A stretch of DNA of 64,000 bases from the human T2T-CHM13v2.0 reference genome, Homo sapiens. A program made the translations under genes and the position numbers. Positions 1 to 18,310 of this stretch are shown piece after piece (the stretch's first letter is position 1; each line of letters starts with the position of its first letter). The notes below the pieces were generated by a model, which had not been told where the DNA came from, searched no databases, and saw only the letters and a list, made by a program, of their open reading frames with translations. Location of the stretch: NCBI RefSeq assembly GCF_009914755.1, contig NC_060933.1; one strand, written 5' to 3'.

Positions 1-856
1 AGCCCTAGAGAAGCAAGTACTTCACGTTGAGAAGTACAGCCATGACAGTAAGGTCATGGGTGTGTGAACAAAAGGACATAGGTTTAAATTCTGTCTCTAC
101 TCCCTACCAGGAGGAGACCACAAAGTCAGTGGCTCCTCACTTACTCACTCCTTCACGTCACAGAAACTTACCAAGCACCTGTGAAGGACCAACCACAGAA
201 GACACTGAAGTGAACAAGACATGCTAACGTGGAATACAAAACTAGAAGCACAATACTTTAACTGTCCTTAGACATATAAGTCCACAGGGTGAGAAAGCAA
301 TGCTTCTCCTTTCTAATCCTCAAGTGTCAAAAACAAAACATAAAAGCTCCCATGACATGGGGGCCTTAAGGACTATAATGAGCTAGCAAATGAGAAAAGC
401 CTCGGAGACAGGGCTCAAAATAGGTTATCTTCTTCACTGTCAAACAACAAGAATTAAAGAAGTCATCTATGAGGCAGAACTTTTTCTTGAAGAAAGTGAT
501 CTTTGCAAAAAGGACACTGGGTGACAGTGTATAATATCTTCAAGTGTAATTTTGTGAAAAATGCAGAAACATCCTTCAAACAGAGGATTCTTTTTCCAGC
601 TCTCAGAAGGGTGGAGAGCTTCTATTTATGAACTGATATAATATACTCTACGTGCTTCACTTTCTGATGAACCAACAGGCACTCCAATTTAATACATTTA
701 AAAGAATGAATGCTAACATGTCCATTCGGTTATTTTTCTCAAGCCCAATATCTCAAGTTATAAACTTATATACATAATTGTAATTTCCAAACCAAAAGTC
801 AGGGCACCTTCAAAGAGTAAAATGGAATATTATGAAACTATTTAAAAAGGCATCTT

Positions 857-1160
857 AGTGCAATGGCTCACACCTGTAAGTCCCAACACTTTGGGAAGCC
901 AAGGCAGGAGGATGGTTTGAGGCTAGAAGTTCAAGACCAGCCTTGGGCAACATAGCAAGACCCCATCTCTACAAAAAGCAAAAATTTAAAAATGCCAGGT
1001 GTGGTGGTGCATGCCTGTAGTCCCAACTACTCAGGAGACTGAGGTGGGAGGATACCTTCAGCCCAAGAGTTCAAGGTTGCAGTGAGCTATGATCACACCA
1101 CTACACTCCAGCTCGGTGACAGAGTGAGATACTGTCTCAAAAACAAAAAGAATAAAGAAA
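857..1160 (+). mobile_element. AluJ-type
   Basis: Alu dimer with A tail. Confidence 0.85.
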
Positions 1161-1202
1161 TTCATTCTTAAACTACTATTAAAGAAAGATATCATTAAGT
1201 AA

Positions 1203-1500
1203 GGCGAGGCGCAGTGCCTCACGCCTATAATCCAAGCACTTTGGGAGGCCAAGGCAGGTGGATCACTTGAGGCCAGGAGTTTGAGACCAGCCTGGAGAAC
1301 ATGGGGAAACCCCATCTCTACCAAAAGTACAAAAATTAGCCAGGCGTGCTGGCGTGCACATGTAATCCCAGCTAATCAGGAGGCTGAGGACAGGAATTGC
1401 TTGAACCTGGGAGGCAGAGGTTGCAGTAAGCCAAGATTGTGCCACTGCACTCCAGCCTGGGCAACAGACGGAGACTCTGTCTCAAAAAAAAAAAAAAGAG
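1203..1500 (+). mobile_element. AluS-type
   Basis: Alu dimer; TSD agaaagatatcattaag. Confidence 0.9.
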
Positions 1501-3118
1501 AGACAGAAAGATATCATTAAGCGAAAAATATAAGGTGCAGAACAGAACATGCTTGCACTTATGTAAAAAGAGGGTTTATACACATACACACACACAAACA
1601 CACGCTTGCTTATACTATATATACATAAAATTCCTCTGCATAAGCAATCAATATTTATTAGATCTAGAGGACCAGGACACAAGGGTGGAAGAGTGTTTTC
1701 AGTGTATATCTCTTAGGCTTTTTGAATTCTAAACCATGTGCACCTATCCAAAAACTTACACTGAAGAAAGGGGCAATGAAATCAAGTCATCTAGTCAGAC
1801 AATTGAAGTGGTATAGTACAATGAGATTGGAAGACCTGGGCTCAAAATCCACCTCACGTAGTAGCTATATGACATCAGGTGGGTTACTCATCTATAAGCC
1901 TCAGTTTCTTCCCCTGTAAGATGAAGATAAACTCCACGGCACAGGACTGTCATGAGAATTACAATAAGATGCAAATGTACAGATGCCCAAGACAGTGCCT
2001 GATAGAGTTGGCAATAGACACGTTTTGTATTCCTATCACCCAAGAGGTTCTAGACGCATGACCACCATACTCACATATAAACTGCTTTAGGCTATTGGTT
2101 TTCCTTTAAAATTGTGATTGCATCACTACTCCCTTCCAGGAAAGGGGACATCCTCACTGTCTTTCCACTCCCAGAGTGAAGAAAAAAACTTTCATAAGGG
2201 ACAAAGAAGCTTTCCAATTCTTGAAAAGGCTCAGAAGTACAGCACAATCCCTCTTCAAGACAAGTCAATTTAAGTTCATCTGCTGAAACTCAAGGAGAGT
2301 TCTTTTTCCTCCTTCAAAAGTTTCCACTGGTGCAAACTTCAGAGGAGAAAAGTCAGAATAATTCCCAGGCCAAGGGCTAATCTACTAGAAAAAGCCAAGA
2401 AACAGGCACTGAAATATTGTTTGTACTCCTGTCTTTTCAAGAAAGCCAAGTTCTTTTTTCAGTTTTCAGAACCAAGGTTTGTTTTCAGACAAAGACCTGC
2501 AGGTCAAGACTTCAAATGAGGATAGGCTTTTCTTCTGACAGTTACAGGCAAGCACACAGGAATACCGAAGAGTCCTATCACAGAAAAACTGACAATCCTA
2601 ACTTTGGGCTGCCAAAGGAAGCCTCAAGAAGACGGTAATTGTCAAGCACTGACTGTGTGCTGGAGCTTTTCATCTGTCTTCTCATTTTAATTCATACAAA
2701 TAACCCTATGACAAAGGGATTATCACTTAATTCTGGAAGCAAGCCCCAAAAGCTAAACTGACTTGCCTAAGTTACACAAGTTACCTGGTAACAGTAGAAT
2801 TCAACTCCAAAACCATTCCACCATTCCACTGCCTGTTTCTAAAGAACACGTAATTATAAAAACTTAATTGAGGTAAAAAGTAGTGAATCTGAATTCTGAT
2901 TTTTAAAAGACAGTGAAAGACTTTCTTAAAATTAATCATGTACCCCTTTGCTTAATATTAAAGTCATCCTAATATCTTTATGCTCCCCATAATCAATTCA
3001 GATTAAATGAAAGCATCTCTATTCATACTAACTCTAAGAACAAATATTAATCAAATTTCTGCTTGAAATGACAATGAGAAAGGACACAAGGGACAGTAAT
3101 GAGAAATGGGCCACTCAC

Positions 3119-3229
3119 AGTTTTGTAGATATGTTCAGTGGGGCCATGAAATTCCTGTTGCATTCTTTCCTCAAGGAAATAGATGCGGAGCTTTAGGTTA
3201 AAGTTTTCTTTCTTCAATTCAGTGATTTG
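3119..3229 (-). CDS. CDK5RAP2: CDK5RAP2 coding exon 4, QITELKKENFNLKLRIYFLEERMQQEFHGPTEHIYKT (CM1/gamma-TuNA motif), 111 nt
   Basis: Acceptor atttttcag|CAA, donor ACT|gtgagt; centrosomin motif 1 signature LKKENFNLKLRIYFLEE; gene continues left of the window. Confidence 0.96.
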
Positions 3230-3399
3230 CTGAAAAATATCACAGAAGGGTCATCAAAAGCAAACAAAAGACAGAGGGTCCAACAGATAGTACACACATT
3301 AGTCGCTATGGATTACGAGGCTACAAAACTGATTCAAATGTTAAATACTAGAGAAAGCTTATTTTTGCTACCATTCTACTAACCCAGAAGAATTAAGTG

Positions 3400-4190
3400 G
3401 TTCCCACTAGCCAAAGTTAGTACAATTTGAGCATTAAAATGAATAATGACAGGAATGAATAATGACTGAATAAAGAAAGAATTCAAAACTCCACACTGAT
3501 AATAAGAAGAAAAGGAAAAGAAGAATTTCTTCTTTTCAAAAGAAATCCAGTTAATAAATGTAGAATACAAGGAACAGAAAATCACTATTTTAAAACCTCT
3601 ACAGTAATGATTGATTAAGGTAAGAATCAGCAGCACTAAAAGCATTAGATGAAAGATCACTACAGAACATAATATTCAGACAGTCATAACATATCACCCA
3701 CAAATGGCTTATTAATTACAAAAGGAAAAGGTAACCTTACAATTTAGGAAACTTGCGAACACCATCTTGACCAAAAAAATTCATCTCTTATCACCATTGA
3801 AGGGATAAACTAACATTATTTTCCTCCTGAAATAAATCAATGAGAGCAAATAATTCCATCCAAAGTGCTTCTGTCTATAACCTTTAACCTGTATCTAATC
3901 AAGAGGAGTCTACCAGATAAATCTAAGTTGAAGAACATTCTGCAAAACAACAGAACTGAACTCTTCAAAAATCTTAATGGCAATCCTAAGGCAAAAATGT
4001 TTGGTGAACTCTTCTAAATAAAAGGAGGTTGAAGAGGCATGACTAATAAGTACAATAGAATCTTGAATTTTTTACAGAAACAACCATATGATGATACCCG
4101 GGGAAACTTGAATAACAATTTTATATTAGGTAATAATATGATTTTACAGGAAAATGTCCTAAGAAAGAGACACATGCTAATGTACTTAAG
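3400..4190 (+). mobile_element. Old L1M-type fragment, host of the L1PA insertion (continues ~5196-5370)
   Basis: Degenerate A-rich L1 3' region-like sequence resuming after the TSD. Confidence 0.5.
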
Positions 4191-4200
4191 AGTGCTGTGT

Positions 4201-5184
4201 GCAAAATAAACTACCATCAGAGTGAACAGGCAACCTACAGAATGGAAGAAAATGTTTGCAATCTACTCATCTGACAAAGGGCTAATATCCAGAATCTACA
4301 ATGAACTCAAACAAATTTACAAGAAAAAAACAAACAACCCCATCAAAAAGTGGGCAAAGGATATGAACAGACACTTCTCAAAAGAAGACATTTATGCAGC
4401 CAAAAGACACATGAAAAAATGCTCATCATCACTGGCCATCAGAGAAATGCAAATCAAAACCACAATGAGATACCATCTCACACCAGTTACAATGGCAATC
4501 ATTAAAAAGTCAGGAAACAACAGGTGCTGGAGAGGATGTGGAGAAATAGGAACACTTTTACACTGTTGGTGGGACTGTAAACTAGTTCAACCATTGTGGA
4601 AGTCAGTGTGGCGATTCCTCAGGGATCTAGAACTAGAAATACCATTTGACCCAGCAATCCCATTACTGGGTATATACCCAAAGGATTATAAATCATGCTG
4701 CTATAAAGACACACGCACACGTATGTTCACTGCAGCACTATTCACAATAGCAAAGGCTTGGAACCAAGCCAAATGTCCAACAACGATAGACTGGATTAAG
4801 AAAATGTGGCACATATACACCATGGAATACTATGCAGCCATAAAAAAGGATGAATTCATGTCCTTTGTAGGGACGTGGATGAAGCTGGAAACCAACATTC
4901 TCAGCAAACTATCGCAAGGATAAAAAACCAAACACCACACGTTCTCACTCATAGGTGGGAATTGAACAATGAGAACACATGGACACAGGAAGGGGAACAT
5001 CACACACCAGGGCCTGTTGTGGGGTGGGGGGAGGGGGGAGGGATAGCATTAGGAGATATACCTAATGTTAAATGATGAGTTAATGGGTGCAGCACAGCAA
5101 CATGGCACATGTATACGTATGTAACGAACCTGCACATTGTGCACATGTACCCTAAAACTTAAAGTTTAATTTAAAAAAAAAAAA
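4201..5184 (+). mobile_element. 5'-truncated young primate L1 (about L1PA3-5): ORF2 C-terminus, 3'UTR, poly(A)
   Basis: ORF 4222-4923 is the ORF2p C-terminus with the CWRGC..H..C knuckle; G-rich 3'UTR; 13-bp TSD aagagtgctgtgt at 4188-4200 and 5183-5195; GAG (not ACA) at the L1HS-Ta diagnostic site. Confidence 0.95.
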
Positions 5185-6930
5185 GAGTGCTGTGTCATGA
5201 CATCTGCAATTAACTCAAATGAGTAGAGACAGGAAAAAAAGAGATAAAGCAAATACAGAAAACATTAACTGGTGAATCTAGATGAATATACATGGTTGTT
5301 CACTGTGCTATTTTGCAACTTTTCATACGCTTGAAATCTGTCACAATAAAAAGTTGGGGGAAAAAATAGTATATTAAGAAAAAGTATATTTACTGAGAAC
5401 CTACCATGTAAACAAGCACCAAGCTAGATAATTTATATACAATATCTCAATTCTTAAAGTAACACTGCAAAAGTACTGCCTCCACTATATACATGATCAA
5501 AGATCACGCCAGTAGGGGAAGAGCTGGGATTCCTATACTTCTGTCTGACTCCAGTAACTATGATCTGTCAATTCAGCCTCACTGCCTATAGAGAAAATTC
5601 CTGATTTTTTTTTGGTTTGGTTCATCCAGTAAACTTTTCTGTGCAGTCTAACTTAACTTCAAGAACAGATATTAGCCTACACAGTAAAGCAATTCCTAGT
5701 ATGCTTCTATCACCATGTTTAAATAGCTAAATGTTCTCCAAAATCCTACCAACATCCCCAGTTTCTCCCTCTCTGTTTCATACATTTTTAAGTCTCTGCC
5801 TTTGTGGGAAAAAAAATTCCTCTCGTTACCCTGTTATAAAGAGAGTGACAGAAACACAAGCTAGGAAGGGACTTTAAATTAGTCCAGGATGATGGTTACC
5901 TTTGGGGAGGAAAAGTGCATAGTGCTTGGAATGAGCCACAAAGCAAACTTCTAGGGCACTGATAATGTACCATGTCTTGGCTTTGGTGATGGTTATAGGG
6001 TATGCTCCTTTTTTGATAATTCATTAAACTGTTCACATATGATTTGTGGGTATGCCTGCATGTATGTTACGTTTCTTTTAAAGTTTATTTATTTTTTTAT
6101 TTTTTAAAGATGATGTCTTGCTCTATCACCCAGGTTGGAATGAAGTGGTATAATCGCAGCTCACTGCAGCCTCAAACTCCTAGGCTCAAGGATTCCTCTC
6201 ACCTAAGCCTCCCAAAGTGCTGGGATTATAGGTGCAAGCCATCACACTTGGCCTCATTTTTTAAAGTTTTTAAAGTCAAATAGTCTACTAGTCTATAGTT
6301 AATATGAATTATTAAAAGTCAATTCATCCATGGTTAAGTAAATTATAGTATGTTAACTCAATAGAATATGATAGAACCATAAAGAAGAATGAGAGACCAC
6401 ATTGTGCACTCATAGGAAATTAAGTCCAAGATACATTGTTAAATAAAAACACTACAGTATGGGACATTATATAGATAGGTTACTATTTTTTAAAAGGGCA
6501 GGGGATATGAATACATAATTATTTACTTGATATGACAGTAGGCATAAAGAAGTACACTGTATATTTGTACCATATAAATTTCCCATAAATGAAATAAATT
6601 TAAATAATAGATAAATGCAATCTTTTTTTGAGACTCTGAATTGTGAAGCGAGTGCTGATGATATTTACTAAATGCAGTGTGTCTGTCCACATTATAGTTC
6701 ATGCATCTGTTGTTCTCTTTCCATTCTCAAAGTCACTGTTCAAGCTCAGTTTTCAATGGTAAGGCAGAAAGATTAGTGGCTTTGGAGACAATATTAAGTT
6801 CAATCTTAACTCTCTTTCATGATGCAACCTAGACATGCTACTTCTTTGAGCCTCAGTTTCCTCAACTTTAAAACAGGGATAATAAAATCAATCTCATAGG
6901 TTTTTGAGAGAAGAAAATAAATGAATTTGA

Positions 6931-7290
<360 letters not shown>

Positions 7291-7455
7291 TAAAATGTTT
7301 GCAACATGCAAAATCATGTACTAAGACATAAGACAACAATCTTGAAATGAATGGAAAGATAGAAAGTCTCAGTGGAGAAACAGATATAAAAAAAGAATCA
7401 AGACCCTGTCCCTACAAAAAATGAGATACCGTACACACCTATTAGAATGGCTAAA

Positions 7456-7861
<406 letters not shown>

Positions 7862-8620
7862 TAAAATAAAATTTTTTAATCGATAATACCAAGTGCTGAT
7901 GTAGAATAAATGGTGTTCTCATACTCTGCTGATGCGAATGCAAAATGGCACAGACACTCTAGATATAGTTTGGCAATTTCTTGCAAAAAAAACTAGACTT
8001 AACATGTGACTCAACAATTCCACTCCTAGGTATTTATCCTAGAGACATGAAAACCTATGTTCACACAAAAAACCTGTACATAAATGTTTACTGCAGCTTT
8101 ATTAATAATCACCAAAAGCTGGGAGAAACTCTTACGTCCCTCAGAGGGTGAATGGATAAACAGTAGACATCCATATGACAGAATAGTGCTCAGCAACTAT
8201 GAAACACACAACGTAAATAAAATTCAAAGACATTATGCTGAGGCAAAGAAGACAGTCTGAAAAGATTACATACTGTATGATTCCATTTATACGACATTCT
8301 GGGAAAAGCAAAATTACAAGGACAGAGAACAGGGCATTAGTTGCCACAGGCTTGGGGTGAAGAGAGGATTTGACCACAAAGAAGCAAAAAAAAGGGAAGT
8401 TGTTGATATTACGGAACTGTTCTATATTCTGATTGTGGTGATCATTACACGTGCCAAGAACTGCACACACATATAAAAAACTATAACCACACATACATAC
8501 ATATAGATTACAATAGTGATTACAAGGGAATATACATCTGTCAGAGTTCATCCAACACCTAAAATTGGTGCATTTTATTTTATGTAAATTATATCTCAAT
8601 AAAGCTGATTTTTAAAATAA
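7862..8620 (+). mobile_element. Old L1M(B-like) 3' fragment
   Basis: caattccactcctaggtatttatcctagaga...tactgtatgattccatttat...tatctcaataaagc motifs. Confidence 0.75.
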
Positions 8621-8723
8621 CTAAAATGAAATAGGGCAAAATGTGAAAAGCTACACTTGGACGCTAGTACATCTTCACACATAAACACTCATCACGTATT
8701 TTTTTCAGCGTTTTAAAAAATAA

Positions 8724-9071
<348 letters not shown>

Positions 9072-9800
9072 TGACTGAATAAAAGAAAACGATAAGCATA
9101 TTTCACATTAAGTATATTTTGAAACTATCTACCCTTGGCCCTCTTGTTAACACTTAAGGTTTCAATTTTGTGGTTAATAAGAACAGCACAAGAAACAACT
9201 GGTAGGTTCATTAGCACCTCCTTTTAAGGAAACAGCACATAAAACATTCATTCAAACAAAAAACGACTACCCCGCCAGATGCTTCCTATAAAGAGAAACC
9301 TTATTCTGTTACTCAGCTACCAATAAAATATTTATGTAGGTTGCTTAGAATGCCCCCATTGTACACAATGCTAAAATTCTTAACAACACTTGAAAGAATA
9401 TTTGTCCTATTTATAGGTAAAGAATTTTTTGTATATGGCAAAGCAAAATACGCCTTTAGAAGGTCACAGCAAACAACAGACAGTCCCAAATGAATAAAAT
9501 GAAATACAAGCACCATCTTTTCCACCATGGCCAGTTCAGTTCTCTGCTTAGTACCACTTTCCTCACAGTTTTCTCTGAATACCACTACCAGGCTGGACTG
9601 GGGATCCTTCTTCATGTTTCCACACACTCTCTACTTTATCAGAGCAATGCCCATACTGCATTGTCCTAGCTGGATACTCGGCTTTCTACCCACCCCCATC
9701 CCATAACCTCCCTGTGCACTCTAGACTGTAACCCAACAGATGGTTACTAAATAGCCAATGGTTGGCAGAATAGATGGACAGACACATTTAAGAATTTCTT

Positions 9801-11350
<1,550 letters not shown>

Positions 11351-11536
11351 ACAATCCAGACCACTTTACTAGCTGTATGGCCTTAATGAAGTTCACTTTT
11401 CCTACATGCCTCAGTTCCTCCATCTATAAAAAAGGGATTATTATAACCATCTCAAAAAGCTAGTCTAAGAATTAAAAGAAATTAATTAGAATGTTTAATA
11501 TAGTTGCTAGTAAAACATAAGAATTTAAAACATTGA

Positions 11537-11944
<408 letters not shown>

Positions 11945-12953
11945 TTACAATACAGTAGGAATAATTACCCAAAATATAAAACCCACAAAATATGACTTGG
12001 AAACCTAATGCTCAAAAGAAAGCTAATGCAAGGCTGTATTTGCCACATTCCAGCCCTTGGAAGCCATGTGTTACTGTGGAAGTGCAGCCATCTGAAATGG
12101 GAAACATCTCAACATGACTACAGGGTGGTGCTTTCTGAAACTGGAAAAGGGCCCCAGCTTAGCGGCAGGAAAAATTTTGCAGGAGCTACTAGTCAGTCAT
12201 TCTGGGTTCCTCCTACTCCCATTCTCTGTCAAAAGCCTTGCCTAGCCTGAAGTTCCATCTAAAAGGGAAGAAAAACCAACAACATAAAAAGGAATCAGGG
12301 CAACTCCAACCCGCCCCACCTCAACTGAAATCTAAGCAAAGTACACCTAACTCTGGCTATCCGTTTCAATGGCTCACAAGAACCTGGGCCTCCAAAGCTG
12401 AGGCTCACCCTACCAAATCATCTTTCCACCCAAGACAGCAAGAGCTAAGAGCAAGAGCTCTCGGGCCAGCAGAAACAGACTAAACTACCAGAGCTGCTAC
12501 TTTTGCAGTGTGTGACCTTGGGAAAATTATTTAACATCTTTGTCCAGTGTTGGCTCATCTATAAAATGAGGATAAAGTCAATTCCCTCACAGGGGTGTTG
12601 TGACAACTAAATGAGCTAAAGCACCTGGCAGAGCCTTGCACTTAGCAAGCAGGAAACACAGGATAGCGTTAAAAATCACGTAGAGTGAAGGCAACACCAA
12701 GGCACTAAAGGGAAGAGATCTTCTCCAACCCACCCATACTGCTGTCTCAAAGCCTGTGTTCTCCACTCACTATTGACCAGGAATGGTCTGTGCTGATCCT
12801 GGCTGTTGCTGACCCTGTGATTATGCTCCACTTGCCAGCCCATTCACAGTCTCAAGACAGTATGGCATCTTTCCTCCATGAAGTCATCAATTTTTAAATT
12901 TTTACATCTAGGGAAGTATTCTGGTCTGCATACATAGATGGTGGTATTGTCTC

Positions 12954-13417
<464 letters not shown>

Positions 13418-13629
13418 TAACAAAAACCATGAACTTGGCTACCCAAAGTTCATCTCTAGTAAACAATACTGCATGTAAGATAATACTGCCTACAGCAGCT
13501 AAGTGAGGTAGTAAAGAGGGGAGGATACTTTGGAATCAATTTCTGATGCTGATACTCTCCTTGGTGTTTTCAAATCATCAAGAAAACTGTTACTAGGTAA
13601 GTATCTTATAAATAATACTGGAGAAATAA

Positions 13630-13943
<314 letters not shown>

Positions 13944-15249
13944 TAAAACTGAATCTCAAACACCAGTTGGAATTTAACTACCTTATGAAACAACTATTTT
14001 CATATTCTTTTCAACCTTTGCTCATGAATACACATTTTTGCAGAATTATAACATAAGTGAATTTGCATATTCCATTGCTTTCATTTAATATTTCTTAAGT
14101 ATTTTTCATATTGTGGCAGAATTACACAAAACTATCAGTTGAAATAACTGCACTACCTTGTGCTGAAGTGATTCACAGTCAACTGTTTAACCATTTCTCT
14201 GCTGTGCACTGATAGACTCAGTGTGCTCTCATGGAAAGTGACCAGCTTTACAATCAGAAAGACCAGGCTTGAATTTTGCCTTCTTTTTGCTTCTCAATCA
14301 CAATAAGCTCATGGGCAAGTTGTTTAATCTCTCCAACCTCAGCTTCCTCATCTGTGAAATATCCTCAACACACGCTTGTCAAAAGCAAAGAGATAACAAA
14401 TATAAAATATAATTTCCCTTCCTTCCAGTTTTTCACAATTATACACAATGTGGCAACAAACACCTTCATCAACAGAGCTTTATTCCTTCTACTGGGCTGT
14501 TTCCCTAGTATCAATTTCCCCAAAATGGATTATTGGGCTCAAGAGTAATTTTATATTTATGGCTATCAAAATCTCTTTCCAAATGGCCTTCAAAAAGATT
14601 GTAAAAATTTACACTACTCAGCCCTCCATCTGGCCAGGTTTTTGGAGGGCATGGCCAGGACATGCGAGGTACGGGAACTCAGAGCGTTCAATCCAGCAGG
14701 CCATCCCACTACACAAATGAACCCCTGTACTTAACACTTTTACCCCAACAGCCATGAGCCCTACTTGATTCCAAGTACTCAACTCAGCAAAAACCCCTAG
14801 CACCGTCAGGCTATATGTTGTGCACAGAGCTCCGTGGAAAGTGGCTATGACACTCGCTCTGCCAGCTACAGACCTGGTCTTCAGCCACTTCCACTGAGCG
14901 GCATCCCACACAATTCTTACACTCCTGCCATGTTCTAAGTTCACCCTCATTCTCCCACTCTTAGCCTCACCTTGCCCTCATTACTGCTTGCTTTCCTGAC
15001 TCTGGCCCCGCATGCCCCCATCCTCATTATAAGCTGTCTGCCTCTAGATATGTCTCTAGGTATATCTCCTCTCCAGCCACTTTAGTAACAATAACCACAG
15101 TAGCCGCCCTGTTTGCTAAAGATCTGGTATAGCAGGCACTATCCTAGCATGTTATTTACTCCTCACCACAAGCCTCAGATAAACATTTTTCCCAGTTTTA
15201 CAGATAAAGCAACCAAAATTTGGAGCTTTAGTATTCCATACAAGGTTAC

Positions 15250-15780
15250 ACATTCATTCAATCAACAAATATTAGATGCCTACGATTTTGTTAGGTTCAG
15301 CGTTGAGTACCAGACATTGAATAGAGACACATGTTAAGCAAGTACACTAATAAAGAAATAACCACAAACTGTCACAAGAGTCATGGTGGGAGAGACAGGG
15401 CGCTGAGTACTTGCTAGAAGACAGAATCATGAGTTGAGAAGGGAGTTGGGGTAGCCTCTCTAACAAGGCCACATTCAAGTTGAGGCAAGAAGGTCCAGGG
15501 GCCTGCCATTCAAGGAAAGGGAGAAAGGGTGTCCAGGCAGAGGGTGGAGCATGCACGTAGGCCCTGGCACAGGGACAAGCTGGGTGTGGCTGAGGAACAG
15601 CAGCCTGTGTGGCTAGAGCAGTGTACGACGGGGAGAGGAATATGCTGAGTTCAGAAAGACAGGAAGCTGCCGATCACACAGGACGGGTTCTCATGGGCCA
15701 AGATTAGGGATTTTATTCCAAGGTCAAAGAAACATCACAGAAGGATGTACAGAAACTGAACACTGATGGGGCAGAACCCA
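15250..15780 (-). mobile_element. L2 fragment
   Basis: cattcattcaatcaacaaatatt terminus followed by a purine-rich L2 antisense body. Confidence 0.6.
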
Positions 15781-16513
15781 GGGCAGTGGTTGTAGTCAAC
15801 GGAATCTTTGGATTAGAGCAGACAGACATCAGCATTCATTGAGTACCCTCTATGCACCAAGCATCATGCTAGGTGCTTTCCATACCTTACCTAATTAATA
15901 ACTGAAGGAAAGATAGTAGTAGCCCCACTTTACACATGAGGTTTTAGAAGCAACCCATTTAAGGCCACAGATCAGTAAGTGGCAGGGCCAAGCCTGAAAC
16001 CCAGTCCTCATCATTCTCAAATCCATGTCGTATCTACACACCATGGTGCTTCTGAAAGCTTCGGGGCCATACAAGTGGGGCAGGGGTGGAAGGTGAGGGA
16101 GCTATGATCTGGCAGTAAGTAACTCACAAACATATTATTGCAAATTTAAAGATGCAAACCTCCTAGTGAAACCACAAACAAAACACTCAAATTTGACCAA
16201 CTGCCTCGGCTGAGGCCAAGAATTTTCAACAACAGGAATAAGGGCCTCAATGCAAGAATGCCAACATCTCAGGGCAGGTGGGCATAAGATAAGAACAACA
16301 AAAGATAAGGAGACCAGGTGTGGACAGGATACAGGCAATTGTTTCAGCCACACCTGGCTAAGAGTTCTTTCAATTCCTTGGAAAGGAAGCTGCTAGACAT
16401 AACAAATCCTATTCCATAGTATCTACTGTTTATTGCATGTAAGTTATGCTTAATATCTCCGACATCCAGAAATCTCATTTCTAGGAATCTACCCTTAAAA
16501 AAAAGAATCACTC

Positions 16514-16906
<393 letters not shown>

Positions 16907-17599
16907 TTAGAAACAACCTGAAATGTCCCACAGTAAGGTTATATAAATTATGGCTCAATCTATCCCTTTTATTAAGCCTTGATTTAATATTACACAGCCA
17001 GTAATAATGCCATCCATGAGTATTGAGAATGGAAAGTTACCCATGTCATTCCCTGTCAAAAGCCAAGATTAAACTCTTCCATATGTTCACAAAGATAGCT
17101 ACTTGGACAGCATATGTTGTACCAGATTCTGGGTCTTCCCTACTCACCCAAAAAACATGTTTTTTAAAGGGAGAGAGAGATAGCAGTGTCCAGAACAACT
17201 CACAACAGGTACAGGCCTTCACAAAATGCTGCCTCCGCAAGGCCTCCTCTGGTCTAGGGAGGGAAGACCAATACGACAGGCTCCCATAGAAGAGCAACTG
17301 ATTTACCGACTTCCTACCATAAGGCCTGCCATACAGGTGATTATACCCTCAGCTAATGAGGATATTAGACAATGGATTACCAGTTTAAAGACCAAAAAGA
17401 AGACATGTGGTTTTCACATGCCAGAGTGAGTACTCCCACAGAACAGTCAAATGAAATAGAAAGGAATTGCTTTGATAGAAGACCCGGGTTCAAAGCTGAA
17501 TAAGTCCCTACCCCTGTCTGGGCTTCAGAGTCCCCACATGTCAAATGAAAGCACTGGAAGAGATGATTCTTAGAGCTCCTCCAGCTCTGAAATTAACTC

Positions 17600-18310
17600 C
17601 ATTCTAAATATCCCTTCATTCCATGCCCTTAGCTCCACATTCCTCCCTTTGGGCCCACAACACCACAGCAGCCTTTTAACTCATCACCTTACCACCAGCC
17701 TTGCTCCCCTCCAAACTCTTCTCCTCATAGTCACCAGCCTGGTAAGCTTTTGAAAGCACAATTCTGGTCATTTCCCTCCCCAGATTAAAATCCATTGCTG
17801 GTTCCCTTTCATCTTCAGGACAAAAACCAACCAAAGCAGTGTAACATTCAAGAACCTGCAGGAGCTGGCCCCTGCCTGCTTCAATGGCCTCACTTCTCTC
17901 CACTCCCCTCACACAGCCTCCTTCCAGCCAGTAAGTTCAGGGAACTTACAGCTCTCTGAACTCATCAAACCCTGTCATGCCTCTCTCTACATTTGCACAT
18001 GTGAGTCCCTGTGCCTGGGATGCTCCCTAGCTCTCCCCACTTGACCAAACCGTACCTGTCCCTGATGACCCAACTCAGGCAACATCTCCTCCAGAGGCTT
18101 CTCTGAACCCCGAGTCATAGCCCCTCCTCTGTGGCCCCACAGCACCCTAGACTTACCTCTGTCCCTGCACTATTTTCCTATCCATCTTCCCAATCAGACT
18201 GTGAGCCTCTGGACAGGGGGACTTACCTGGTCTTAATCCACTGCAGATTCCCCCTGGCAGAGAGCCTGGCACAGTGGCATATATTAAAAAATGTTTATTA
18301 AATGGATGAA
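17600..18310 (+). mobile_element. L2 fragment
   Basis: gactgtgagcctctggacaggg..gcctggcacagt..aaatgtttattaaatggatgaa. Confidence 0.6.

Noticed and set aside
4222-4923. 233-aa ORF
   Set aside because: C-terminal piece of L1 ORF2 in a 5'-truncated copy with no promoter, endonuclease or RT
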